From Octopus bimaculoides (taxonomy: Eukaryota), in the NCBI RefSeq assembly GCF_001194135.2, contig NC_068982.1, positions 35,849,122-35,913,121 on the forward strand: a DNA stretch of 64,000 nt, written 5' to 3'. Position 1 is the first letter of the stretch. Each line of letters starts with the position of its first letter. Under the pieces are notes generated by a model. The model had not been told where the DNA came from. It saw nothing but the letters and a program-made list of their open reading frames with translations, and made no database searches. Positions 1-12,743 of this stretch are shown here, in pieces. Made by a program: the position numbers and the translations under genes.

Positions 1-382
1 CATACGTTGGTACGTATGTACTACGTACGTAGTTACGTATATATGTACGCAGGTATATTTGTACGTAGGTACGTATGTACATACGTACGTATGGGTGTAC
101 GTACGTAAGTACATACATACGTACGTACGTAGTTATGTATGTTCGTGCGTACGTATGTACGTAGGTATGTACGTACCTATATACGTAGGTATGTACGTAC
201 CTAAATACGTATGTAGGTATATATGTACGTACGTATGTAGGTATGTACGTACGTACGTGCTTAGGTATGTACGTATGTATGTACGTACCTATGTGTGTAC
301 GTACGTAGGTACGTAGATATGTTTGTACGTATGTACGTGTGAAAGTACGCACGTTGGTACGTAGGTATGTATGTACATACAT
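1..382. repeat. Degenerate (TACG/TATG/TAGG)n tetranucleotide array
   Basis: Continuous tacg/tatg/tagg units with many TACGTA palindromes; explains ORF 59..316. Confidence 0.9.
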
Positions 383-849
383 AAAAGAGACTGATAAATC
401 ACGACCAGGCTTTAAAAAAATAAGTGCTGGGAGTCGTTTTCTTTGACTAAATTTCTTCAAGGTCGGGTTCCAGTATGTCCACAGTCCAACGACTGAAATA
501 TGTAAAGGACAAAAGATAAATAAATAAAACTGCCTCGAAAAACAAAATTGTTTATATGAGTTATCTCACTTGAACATTCCACGCGTTGTCTCCCTTTATA
601 GAGTTCGTATATTTCTTTCAATTGAATGTCTTATATCTTCAGTTCAGAATTACGAACAGAGTAATTCACTTTTGCTGCTTTCTTCAATCTACAACGTCTT
701 GCCTGATAACACTGATGAGCAATGTGACAGAAGATAGGTAAAGTAAGTTGCAGGATATTAGAAATGAAAAATTATGTCGATGAAAGCGGCTTCATCATTA
801 AAACTGTTTATAATTAACCTTTCACATCACCAAAGATATTCTTTTATTT

Positions 850-1236
850 TTTTTACGTTTCAATCATTTTGGCATCGGCCATGCTGGAGCACTGTCTTAA
901 AAAGTTTTTAGTCGGAGCAATCGGTCCCGCCTCCCAGAACTTATTCTTTTTAAGCTTAGTATTTATTCTATAAGTCTCTTTTGCCAATAGACGTAAACAC
1001 ACAAACATTGGTTGTCAAGCGATGGTGGTGGGGTACAATATATATATATATTTATATATATTTAAACATATATAACGGGCTTCTTTCAATTTCCGTCTAC
1101 CAAATCCACTCACAAGTCTTTGATCGGCCCAAGGTTATAGTGGACGACACTTGCTCAAGGTGTCACACAGTGGGACTGAACCCAGAACCATGTAGTTGAG
1201 AAGCAGGCTTCTTACCACACAGTCATGCTTGCGCCT
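850..1236 (-). mobile_element. tRNA-derived SINE, family A (head + internal microsatellite + tail)
   Basis: Reverse complement starts aggcgcaagcatgactgtgtggtaag...ggttctgggttcagtcccac (A/B-box-like). Homologous copies or fragments at about 384-535, 11899-12260, 16740-16900, 19305-19710, 22035-22200, 23095-23200, 24435-24590, 31760-31920, 42950-43100, 52824-53220 and 60040-60200. Confidence 0.85.
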
Positions 1237-2764
1237 ATAAGATATATTTTTAATTTTTGTGTATGATATGTCCTGGCATCTATTAACTTCTAAAACTTTA
1301 TGTAAAGAAACAAAGAATTTTTTCTTGTTTATGTGAGAATATGATGTCATAGCAATAAAACGTATCTCCTTTGACCTGTTTCAAGAAATAAATTGAAACA
1401 TCGTAGTATTATGCATAAAAAAAAATCTTGAATGAAATTGGATGATATCCTAGAGACAAAGTGAGCACAAGTTAGTGGAGAGCAAAGGACAATAACTGAC
1501 ATATGCAATAACATCTTTGATATATATTCATGTTAAGCAAATAGATAATATCTGTTAAGTGTCACACTGCCATTTAATTGGTAGTTAAAAGATACGAGAA
1601 AAAACAAGAACTGAAGAAATCTTCAGGAAAAGAAGACTGAAGTTTAATGATGAGGTGATGCTTCAGTTTTAAATCCAGTGAAATGTGTTTAAAAAATGTT
1701 CATTACCACTAGCATCATATTTCTTTACATTTTGTTTCAATTGGTTCTTTGTCTCACTGTCTTAAAAAAAAAACCTTAAACCTACATGTGGGCCATAAGT
1801 CATGCACCAAAACCTTTGACATATGTTACTCTTTGTGTGCAATATATATTAATTGAATTTTCTCTGGGGGGGGGAGACAAAAGTTGTCGTTTACATTCTA
1901 TATCAGGGTAATTTCATCTACTACACACCTATACATTTTAGGATTGTATTAATTATTACAAGTTTTATTTAAAAGAATTTCATTATTCATCATCATTTTA
2001 ATGACTACTTTTCCATTTTCCAAGCTTGCATAAGTCACATGACTTGTGTTGAAGCAGTGTTTTCTATGGTTGGATGCCCTTCCTGACACCAACTGTCACC
2101 TGTTTCTAACATGTTATCTATTGATAAATTTGAAAGACTAGTACATATTAGAAAATAATGAATAGGAAAACAATTAAACTAGTAAATTGTTAAAATTTTA
2201 ACTTAAAATCATTTAATTAAACTTACATTTCCCAAAAATACAATGTAAAATAAAAGCAATATGATATTAATATATCTAAATATATTTTTAGAAGAAATAA
2301 GTTGTAGTAGTTAGCTTTTAAAGAAATCTAGAACAATGTTTCCCAAGAGAAATAAATTTAACATTCCAATGAAAGTTGGAATAATTTGACAAGAAAAGAA
2401 AAGAAAAATGTATCTACAAATTCTCAGTTGAATTTGTAATTTATTCTGTAGTCAAATTTATTATAAATAAAATTATAAGATTTCTTTGACTATATACACC
2501 ATGAATGTTTGAAATATATGTTAAGAAAATTTTTCTTCAATTTAAATAGTACAAAAATATAATTTTCTTAAAAGTAAAGAGTTAAAGTAATACAAATCTG
2601 AAATATTTATTAACAATCAATAGTGAAGAAAAATAATCAGAAATATCTAAGACAGGGTGTCAGAAGGAAGTGAAAAGATACACATTTCCATTTAATATCA
2701 ATATATTCTTATAAACCAGATACAGTTTTTCTTTTTCTTTGGAATAATTTTATTGGGCAACAAA

Positions 2765-3005
2765 CCATTAGGACAGAGTTGCACTGTACGTTATTGTAGC
2801 TGTTTAACTCCAGGTCAGCTCTCATTGAGCAGACCTATGATCACAGGCATTCTAATCATGACCATTCTGCTGTTTTGGAAGTATATAGGATCACACTGAC
2901 TAATGTGACCTTCCTTCTGTAAGATGGTAGGTTTGGTTTCAAGGAATTTGGCTGCTATTTTGAGCAGGTTGAACAACTGCATAGAGGCTGCTTTGTTGGC
3001 TCAGT
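2765..3005. repeat. Dispersed repeat, unclassified
   Basis: Motifs gagcagacctatgatca and atttggctgctattt recur inverted at about 35630-35860, 57300-57470 and 58600-58790. Confidence 0.6.
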
Positions 3006-3587
3006 AGAGTTTCCAGGTTCTATTTACTTGGTATCAGGAAAAGAGAACAGTGACACCAATATGCCAGAATAACTGAGAAATGACAAATAGTTTGTGGATT
3101 TACAGACCTAAGATCAAATCTCACATGATAATGAATCTATCCAAGATATCTAATGGAATCTGATGAATCAAATTTTGTTTATACTTACTTCCATTTCCCT
3201 AAGCCAGCATAAACTGGATAGTTTTCTTTGTTTCATTATTTTTTTGGGGTTTTTTTTTGTTTTTTTGTTTTTTTGTTTTCTTTTGTATTTTTGCAAAGTT
3301 TCTTTAACCTGATGGAAACTGTATATCTGCTACAACTAAAAAATTACATGTACATAAAATCTCATCAATACTTTTATTAAATTATACTTCCTTTCATTAT
3401 TTACAGTGGTTCGCTTTCTAACACTTCCAATCTATCTAATTACACAGGATGAAATATTTTGTTAAATTATGATAAATGCATCATCAATAGAACTATACAT
3501 AATCAACAACCAGCTTTCGAGAAAAACCACCTGCAGCATTACGACTGGAAACCAAGGCATAGAGAACCAGCACAAGCTAATGGAATA

Positions 3588-3753
3588 TCAAACAGCAGTA
3601 CCACGTTCCAAATTCTGTTTAATCTCGGCTGTATATTTCCCATAGAAACGTTCCAACTTTTTGTTGAATTTCATATTTCTCTCATTGATGTAGTCAATAT
3701 CAGCAGCCTCATCGTAAGGTCTTCTTCGGCTGTATTTTTCTCTTTTGTTGATC
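3588..3753 (-). CDS. SYF2: SYF2 pre-mRNA splicing factor, exon 7 (last coding exon)
   Basis: Acceptor ttgcatttcag, phase 2 in. Translates (Q)[54 protein letters not shown], the characteristic SYF2 C-terminus. Candidate AATAAA at 3378-3373. Confidence 0.97.
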
Positions 3754-4102
3754 CTGAAATGCAACAAAAAGGCAAACCAGAATAAAACTATGTGTATACT
3801 GAACTTTCATTGTATTACAATATCTTTCTTATCTGTACTTTTAAATGTTCATTTTCTTAATCTAGGGTTACTAATGAAAGAGTTTACAGCTCATGTCTTG
3901 TCACAAACATTATGCTACATTCTTAAGCAAAACACTTAAATCTCAAATTCCCAATCCATTCGCAGCAATGAGTAACATGAATAGCACTGCTCACTACTAT
4001 AAGCAGTTGGTTGTATCACTGCATGAATGAAGAATATTTCATTAGATTCAAGTACTAAATTTAAATCCTTCTATGAATGTCCACCAAGTTGGCTTGCTTT
4101 AA

Positions 4103-4311
4103 CGCTTTAGCATTCAGATTATTCTGTCGACCGTAATGCTTATTTATTCACATTATTTTGTATTAATTGTGCATTATCTCATAACTTTTAATGATGTGAT
4201 TGTTTATTTTCAGAATGACATTTTAGGATATGAGAGGTTAGACCTGGCTGGTTTGAACATAACACAGGTTGAATATTTGGACTGGATATGGCCGATTTAC
4301 ATGCTAAAGGG
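4103..4311. mobile_element. TTAA-flanked piggyBac-type MITE (~210 bp)
   Basis: ttaa|cgctttagcatt ... atgctaaaggg|ttaa terminal inverted repeats. Copies at 9951-10162, 11316-11526, 24814-25033 and 38052-38262; partial copies at about 11790-11885 and 39690-39755. Confidence 0.8.
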
Positions 4312-4869
4312 TTAAATACATTAACTGAAGACCAAATTTTAAAACAATGCTACTATGATACTAAAATCTATAAAACTCATACATATATTTCTTGCCATTA
4401 TGAACTCCTTCACACCTGTTCTTAATCAATGAACTTAGTCCCAATTTTAGATTGTACATCCAGCAGAGAAAACACATATCATTAAGCAGTGACATGCACC
4501 AACTCCATGTATAATTGGAGCCTCTTATAAAAAAAAAGAGGCTCTGAAAAATGGAAAAGATTTTTACAATCATTTTTCCTCCTGAACCATACGTTATTAC
4601 TGTTTCCATATTCACAGCAATGATCAAACAAATACCAGAAATATTTTCCAACTTGGATAGAATGATGTTTTTCCTGTCACTAGATGTGGAAGTTAACATT
4701 CACTCTGTTTGCTGTTTTTCAAAACTTACACTGCACATATTCTTTTGTTTAATGTTCATTTTTGCCAAACTAGTGTAACTAGGATGGTAATCAATTTTGA
4801 GGTAGGACTCCACATCAACCCCATGCTAACATAACAAAAAGTTATAAAAATGCTAAGAAATCAACTTAC

Positions 4870-4968
4870 TGCTTCTCCAAATCATTTACCATTCTATCGA
4901 CGGCTTTGTCAGAGTCAGTGTGTTGCTGCAATCCTAAAGTGTTAGCATCAGGAAAAAACTCTTCCCCT
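4870..4968 (-). CDS. SYF2: SYF2 exon 6
   Basis: 99 nt, (K)GEEFFPDANTLGLQQHTDSDKAVDRMVNDLEK(Q). Donor gtaagt. Acceptor ttcttgaaaaaag is fixed by the phase 2 end of exon 5. Confidence 0.93.
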
Positions 4969-5429
4969 CTTTTTTCAAGAAAATACAAAAAAAAAGAGAA
5001 AAAAGAGAAACAATCAAAAATAATATTGTAAAAAAAATAACAAATCTCACTAAAACAAAGAAAGTAAAAAGAGGTATAGAGTAAAAGATGAAGGTAGATA
5101 TAAAAGTATATAAAGAGGTAGGGATAGGAATAACGATTTGTGATGGTAATATAGTTATTAAAGACAGAGGCAGGGATAGAGTTAGACAGAGGTAGGTATA
5201 GAGAAAGTGATACAGACAGCAATAGAAATAGACATAGAAACGTAAATATAGGGAGATAAAGAGGTAGAAGAAATAAAGAAGGGATAAAAGTGAGGACAGA
5301 GGGACACATGCAAAGAAAATACATGAGACAAAAGGAAAATTCATCATTACATTTCTTCATGAACATAACTATCAACATGTCAAATTAAAAACTGATCATT
5401 TCTTTCATTCAGCAATTGTGTAGGTAGGT

Positions 5430-5650
5430 GCCTGGCTTAGTGGTCAGAGTATTGGACTCATCACCATAAGATTGTGGTTTCAGTTCTTGGACCTGGTGGT
5501 GCATTGTATTCTTGAGCAAAACACTTCATTTCACATTGCTCCAGTCCACTCAGCTGGCAAAAATGAGTAATCCTGCAATGGACTGGCATCTCACCCAGTG
5601 GGGAGTACATACACCAGAAAATCCAGGAAACAAGGACTCAAGAAGAATCT
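5430..5650 (+). mobile_element. tRNA-derived SINE with CORE-like segment, family C, decayed
   Basis: tggcttagtggtcagag...ttcttgagcaaaacacttcatttcacattgctccagtccactcagctg, homologous to 30255-30548. Other copies at about 18095-18335 (-), 25600-25740 (-) and 36470-36700 (-). Confidence 0.75.
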
Positions 5651-6175
5651 TTATCCTTTTATTTCACAAAGCAATTAGCTAAATTTTATAAGAGTGAAGT
5701 ATGTTCAATTGAATTACTACTCATACATATTATCTTTTATTTTCCTCATGTGAGTGAAAATTCATTGGTGAGCAATTTCAAATTTAGTGTCAGACAAAAC
5801 CTGTGGACAAGAAGTTTCCGTCCTTGCTTGCAGTCTCACAAACAAGATGGACTCATTTGGACAATGTAGTAATAGAGTCATAGCTATACAAACAGATAGG
5901 ACGGTTGCATTCAAAATGCTATATGTCTGTAGGATCACACTGATCTAGAGTTAAACAACTATACTGAATAAACACATACTATAAACACAACAGGTTTCTC
6001 TACAATTTCCAATTTCCATCATGAGGCTCTGACTGGCCTGAGGTTACAGTAGAAGACTATTGTCCTAGGTGGCACAGAGTGAGACAGAACTTGAGATCAT
6101 GTGGTAACAAAGCAAACCCCACATCTATACAGCCACACCTGCCCTAAATCAGCAAATGAAATTTAAAAGTCTTAC

Positions 6176-6266
6176 TTTTTTTCCATCTGCTTAAAATAAG
6201 AATCCATGTCTGGCTTAATCTGTTTAGTGTTCTTTTGATACTGACGAAATGTAGCAGCTTCATAAT
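6176..6266 (-). CDS. SYF2: SYF2 exon 5
   Basis: 91 nt, acceptor attacttccag, donor gtaaga. (D)YEAATFRQYQKNTKQIKPDMDSYFKQMEK, phase 1 in and phase 2 out. Confidence 0.95.
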
Positions 6267-6332
6267 CTGGAAGTAATAAAGAATTGAATAAACAAAAATC
6301 CATCCCATTTCTACCTCAGCTTTATTCATATA

Positions 6333-7653
6333 CTAGCTGGTGTACCCAGTAATTCCCGGGGGGATAAAGATGTTCTATTGAAACGCTTTATTACTCTGAT
6401 ATAAGAAAGCAATTTCGTTATAACTGCCACAAAAGCTGTATTTTCCGTCATGAAAAAATACAAAAACTGTCAGCTAGAAGAGGGAGAGATTGTATGTATA
6501 TCAATATAAGAATGAAGTGTTTGAAGAAAGTGCAATAATAACGTTCACACTCACTGATGGTCACTCTCAGTAACTACCTTTAGTTTACAGAGTTCTTGTT
6601 TTTATAACTATCGAAAAGCAACCAGAAAGATAGACATATTGTTGACAACAAATGATTTTGTTGGAGGTCTGTTATCTCCATTCCAGCCCCTTGTGGCCTA
6701 GAAGAGGTTAGAAGGGGCAAGTGGCAAAGTCATTATTCTGCTTAGTGAAGGCATCTGGGAAATGTATAACTGCTGTCATTCACAGAAAAACTATTGTTTT
6801 ACCATGAGAAAAGTGCTGTTGAAGTGTTAAGTGAAATTTGGCAATCGAGGATCGAACCCACGCTATGCCTGCATGAAGCCACTACAAATACGTTGTGGAA
6901 TAAAAAAATTATTTACACTCATGGAAAAAGTCTAACTGTAAAAATGCAGAATTATCAGAGTAATGGGCATTCAAAAAAGGATGTATGTATAGAAATGTAT
7001 GAAGTCTTTAATGTTTAAGATTCAAATTATGGAAGTGCAATAATAATGTTTAGCAGTTCAAAACTGTGAGTAGTGAAATGCAGAATTAGGTTGGCTGATC
7101 ATGAGAATCAAATACTGATCGCTTCGTTAAAAACTGCAGGTGGTATGGGTTATTTCCATTGGGTTGTTTAAATAAAATATTAGTAATATGAAGTAGATAG
7201 AAGGATCTATTGGAGGGGCCCTATTATCGATATTTTTCAACAATCTAAGTATGTCACAAGGTTTCCAGACATGAGTTCTACTCATGTGTCAAAGTATAAA
7301 AGTGATATTGTCTGCAAAAATTAGAAATTGGACACACAAAATATCAATATTCAAAGTAATCAAACATAAACAATAAAATGGGTTATTTCCCTTGAGTCTT
7401 TAAAAAAAATATTGTGTAGGTACTATGGGTTACTTCCCTTGGATGTTAAAAAAATAGTCATATGAGGTAGAAATAAAGTCCCTTTCAGGTACCATATTAC
7501 CGATTTTTTCAACAATCTAAGTATGTCACAGGGTTTCCAGACATAAGTTCTACTCACATGTCAAGTTTCATCAAAATCAATAAAACGGTGTAGGAGGAGT
7601 TAGCTAACAACGCCACAAATAAACACACACCGATTTTCCACATATGTAGTAGA
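6333..7653 (-). mobile_element. Non-autonomous Helitron in SYF2 intron 4
   Basis: On the minus strand it sits between A and T, starts TC (a|tctactacat) and ends with a hairpin (cccgg-gaatta-ctggg) followed by CTAG|t. No TSD. Contains diverged internal tandem duplications. Confidence 0.75.
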
Positions 7654-7809
7654 TAAACAGCTATAAAGATACAAAAAAATTACAGGATGGTCATGTCTGG
7701 AATGCTTTTCACTTCACAATCAAGTTTGACCTGAGGCTAAATAACGCCAACAACCATAATGTCTTACCATATCCGAGGTGTCTTACCATATCCCAAATAG
7801 AAAACTTAC

Positions 7810-7927
7810 CAGAGAAACCAGGATCAGGATTCTTCTTTTTTTTCTTGCGTTCCCATTTCTCAGCATCTACAGCACTAATATCAAGCAACTTCACTTGATC
7901 GTAGTCTTCTCCTTTCTCATTGCATTC
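7810..7927 (-). CDS. SYF2: SYF2 exon 4
   Basis: 118 nt, acceptor ctgtctaaatag, donor gtaagt. [39 protein letters not shown]. Confidence 0.96.
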
Positions 7928-8644
7928 CTATTTAGACAGAAAAATATACATGAAAATAATTAACTGAAATCTAACAAGACCTTAATTTTTGAAGGAGGGT
8001 ATAGCTAATTAGATTGACCCCACTTCATGATGAGTACTTTATTTTAATAGCCCTGAAGGACAAAAGGCAATACCAAACTTGGATGCAGTTGAACTTAGAA
8101 TGTAGACGATTGTAACTAATTACTACAAGGTATTTTTGTCAACTGTCACTTAATGGATTTATCAATCACCAAATTATCAAGAACAGAATTAACCAATCTT
8201 TTCTGAAAGCATCAATAATGTTTACTATTATTGCAAATGGAGAGTTTAACTATATTATCTATTCCAATTATGTTTTTAAAGAGATAAAATAAAGAGAAAG
8301 CACAGCACTACAAATGCAGAAGTTACTGAAATTTAATTTATTTTATATATTAACAGACCAGACATGTGGCTGGTGCAAGGTCCCAGATAGAGTGAAGGGG
8401 ATGTGGTAGTGAAATGACAAGGCACATCAGTGCTTCTTAAAGAAGGTGGTACTACCTATTAGGTGTTTGTGTGGAATTTTATATGGGTACTAGAGATAAA
8501 AGGGGGCAGTGAAAGGTGATAGAATATCTATATAGTCTTCTTCTTAGTCTTTGTCTATTTAAATATTATCTTTAAATATTTTTAATGCATAGATGCAATA
8601 AACACAAGAAATGAACAGAAAACTGATTCTGCCAAATTCCAGGG

Positions 8645-9435
8645 GAGATACTTAGAAATAATTGATAGCTTCTGTTATTTGGATAACCAAACCAGCAGTG
8701 TAGGTGGATGCTCCAAGAGTGTAGCTGCTAGAATAAGAATTGGCTGGGCTAAAGTTCAGAGAGCTTCTACCTTTGTTGGTAACAAAGGGCCACTCCTTCC
8801 GAGTGAAAGCAGATTGTATAATGCCTGTATGTGGACACCTATGCTACACAGCAGTGAAACATGGGCAGTGACAGAGGACATGCAAGGGCTTGAAAGAAAT
8901 GAAGTTAATATGCTTTGCTGGATGTGCAATGCCAGTGTGCATGTATGACAGAGTGTAAGCATTTCAAGAGAAAAACTGGGCATAAGAGGCATCAACTGTG
9001 ATGCACAAGAGAGAAGACTGTACTGGTATGGTCATGTGATGTGTATGGACAAGGACAACTGTATAAAGAAGTGCCAATCACTAACTGTGGAGGGAACCTG
9101 GGGAAGAGATAGACTCAGGAAGACATGGTATGAAGTGGTAAAACATGATCTTCAGATGTTAGGTCTCACAGAGGCAATGGCAAATGATTGAGATCTTTGG
9201 CGGTTTGCTGTGCTTGTGAAGACTCATCAGGCCAAGTGAAATCATAGTCTTGGCCGATGCCAGTGACATGTAAAAGGCATTCACTACACTCTTGGAGTGG
9301 CTGGTATTAGGAAGGGCATCCAGTTGTAGAATTCAAGCTAAAATCAGATTGGAGCCCAGTACAGCTCTCTGGCTTGCCAGTTCCAGTCAAACTGTTGAAC
9401 CCATGCCAACATGGGAAACAGATGCTAAATAACAT
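8645..9435 (+). mobile_element. RTE-clade LINE 3' fragment with tail, decayed
   Basis: LEIIDSFCYL...GGCSKSVAARIRIGWAK...MLHSSETW...LYWYGHVMCM with frameshifts, followed by the family 3' tail (ccagtcaaac...cccatgccaacatgg). Tail-bearing copies also at about 22340-22890, 23610-23930, 37180-37330 (-) and 61900-62270. Confidence 0.85.
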
Positions 9436-10181
9436 AATATTATGATAAACTGAGCATTACCAGCAATCACAACAAAGACAATAACCTGAGTCTGGCCAAA
9501 ACCACAAGTTAAAACTTGGATGAATAAATATGGTCAAGTGGTAATGCATGTTAGGTACTTCTTGTAGTACAGTGGTAGCATGGCAAGTAATTATCAGCTG
9601 AAAAGTGGTCAATAAATGAAAAGAAGAAAGAGTAGGGCTTTAAGGCCTGTATGGGTCTATCACATCAAGGACTATTTCATCTCTGGTGTTGGTGCCAAGT
9701 ATTCTCAGTAAAGTGATTGGCAACAGGAAGAGCATCCAGCTATAGAAATCAAGTCAAATGACAAGCATGAGCACCAGTCCATGGGAGTGGTGGTTCTCAA
9801 TAACCAATGACTTAGACTGTGATGATCCATCTAACCTATGCCAGTAGGGAAAGTGGACATAAAAATGATGATGATGATGATTATTAACAATTAATGATTA
9901 CTTTTAATAAACTGAATTACTTTATTTTTTAAATTATGAGGAAACCTTAACCCTTTACCATTCAAATTACTGTCATGTTTATTTATTCACATTGATTTTG
10001 AATTAATCAGGCATTATCTCATAACTTTGAGATTTTGATGATGCTATTGTTCATTTTTAGAATGACATTCTAGGATAGATGTGAGAGGCCAGACTTGGCC
10101 ACTTTGAACATAAAAGAGGTAGAATATTTGAGCTGGCAATGGCCAGTTTAAGTGATAATGGGCTAAAGTAAATTGAAATAC

Positions 10182-10307
10182 CTTCTGCTTTTTTAATTCT
10201 TCTTCTTCCCATTCCAGCCGTTTTCGTTTTTCTTCATAATTAGCTGGAAGTCGCTTCTTACGATCTTCTTCGGCAACTTCTTGGTGATTGAGCTTCCTTG
10301 CTTCATT
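10182..10307 (-). CDS. SYF2: SYF2 exon 3
   Basis: 126 nt, acceptor tttttgttgtag, donor gtattt. [42 protein letters not shown]. Confidence 0.96.
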
Positions 10308-12560
10308 CTACAACAAAAATAATCACAGATTTGATATATTAACTGAATAATGACACAGCTATGCAATGACATACAAAACATTTTGTTGTCACATGTTCAT
10401 TGATTACACTGTGTAACACGACTTTTCTCCTTGAGTAGTAACTGTTATTTCCAATTTGCTTACCCCTAGAAAGCATGAAAAATGGCTATTTCCTTTAAAT
10501 TTTGCTTTTGTTACATTTATTCAAACCCCAAAGAATCCTTGTCAACACATGGTTATGATGCTCCCCCACTACTCCTGCTCCGAGATACACATATTGTCAG
10601 CCATTAAGGGACATGCTCAAGTGGTTACGGTCAAGCAACTGACAATCAAATCTGTGGTCCTGAGCAGAATATTTGCTATAATGACATTTCTGTTTCAGCA
10701 ACTCAGTGCTGAATCTGTCTAAAATATAAATGAAAATAGGTCAGTTTCAAAAAATTGATGTCCATGTGACAAAAGCAAAGTTTGAAAGAAATAGTCGTCA
10801 TTTCCTTTGATTTCTAGATAGAAGCAAATAGGAAATAAGCCAAAAATAAAACAAAGACCAAAGACAAAAAAAATTTTTTTTTTGTTACACAGTGTTATTA
10901 GAGAAATTTTAAGTAAAATTCAAACTAAAAAGTTCCATTAACTCACTGACTAACTAAAATTAGAAACTTAAAACTTCCACCCAGTAAGAAAACAATGGAA
11001 TGGTAGTTGTAAATTTATTTTTTATCATTAAAGTAATACGTGTGTGTGTGTGTTGTTATATTTGGGGATGGTCAAATTTTGCCAATTAAACACACACACA
11101 CTGTATGCTTGGTTTTCATTTAGAAAAAAAATAATAACAACAATAAAGCTGAAGTGAAAACCAAGCATAGAGTATATGTGTTTAATTGGCAAAATATGAC
11201 CATCCCCAAATATAACAATATCTGTTTCAACACACAATTTCACATCAGGAATCTTGCAAGAAAAATACATAAACTCCAGCCTCATGAGCCTAGGCTCAAT
11301 GCAGACTTCTTCTAACCCTTTATCATTCAGATTTCTCAGTCAAATGTAACATTTATTTATTCACATTGATATGAACTAGCCATGCATTACTTTATAGCTT
11401 TGTGACTTCAATAACATGATTGTTTATTTTTAGAATAATATTGTAGGATAAGTGTGATCTGGCCAATTTGAAGATAAAACAGGTAGATTGCTTTGGCCAG
11501 ATATGGATGGTTTAAATGCTAAAGGGTTAGAAGTTTTCTAAATTATTCAAACTTCAGTATATAAAAAAAAAGTCACTATATATTTCTTGTGGAGGAGGGA
11601 TTTAATAATTAAAAAAAGAAACCTTACAACTTGGAATGAACACTATTATAATAATATTTTAAAATCTGTTTTTAAAAGTGGTTGCTAGTTGAACCTGTTT
11701 CATTTCACACACATGCTCATACGATAAATAACAACATCTCTGTACCTATTAATCAACCTCAAAAAAACTCCATTGAGAGATATTCTTGATTATGAATTAG
11801 CCATGTATTACCATGTAGCTTTGAGATTTCAATGATGTGATTGTTTATCTTTAGAATAATGTTGTAGGATAAATGTGAGAGGCCGAATCTTATTACAAAG
11901 CAGGTGTGGTTTTATAGTAAGAAGCTTACTTCCCAACAACATGGTTCTGGGTTCAATCCCACTGCATGGCTTCTTGGGCCAACCAAAGCTTTGTGAGTGG
12001 ATTCGATAGACAGAAACTGAAAGAATCCCATCATGTGTGTGTATTTATGTGTCTGTGTTTGTCTCCCGCTACCGCTTGACAACTAGTGTTGGTGTGTTTA
12101 TGTCCCTGTAACTTAGCAGTTCAGTAAGAGACCAATAGAATGTCAGCCTTGACAAAAACAAAAGTAAGTACTGGGGTCAATTTATTTGACTACAAAATTC
12201 TTCAAGGCAGTGCCCCAGCATGGCTGCAGCTTAATAATTGAAACAAGTAAAAGATAAAAGATCTATGCCAGTTGCATGAAACGACAACTGGTTATTCCTT
12301 AATAAAATAATTATTGATTAATTTTTTTTACTAATCAGTGAAGTGATTGGCACTCTTTATTTACTATAACACATAACAATACATTAAAACAGGCAATATT
12401 ATCACAGAAACAATATATTTATTACCCAAGCACTCAAGTATTGCAAAAACTTGCAGACCCGCACAAGTGTGACTAATGTACAGTAAGATCAAATTTTCTG
12501 AATTTAAAAACATTACAAAGTACATGGTAAGTAAAAGAAGGAACATAGAAAATACTTTAC

Positions 12561-12650
12561 CATTCGTAACTGAAGATTTTGAAGACGTTGCGTTCTTTCC
12601 TTACGCTTCCGAGCTGCCTCTTGTTCTTCAGCAGTGAGTGCAGGCTTTTT
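12561..12650 (-). CDS. SYF2: SYF2 exon 2
   Basis: 90 nt, acceptor ttttattattatag, donor gtaaag. KKPALTAEEQEAARKRKERTQRLQNLQLRM joins in frame to NEARK. Confidence 0.9.
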
Positions 12651-12743
12651 CTATAATAATAAAAAAAGCAGGAGGTAATTATATCATCATTATGACCAAT
12701 CTAATCAGTTTTAATGCCCAATTAACACTGTTTGTAAATAGTG

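Noticed and set aside
59-316. 85-aa ORF rich in Y/V/R/T
   Set aside because: Translation of the (TACG)n array.
4866-5378. 170-aa hydrophobic ORF on the minus strand
   Set aside because: Only 4870-4968 is SYF2 exon 6; the rest is pyrimidine-rich intron and degenerate simple repeat.
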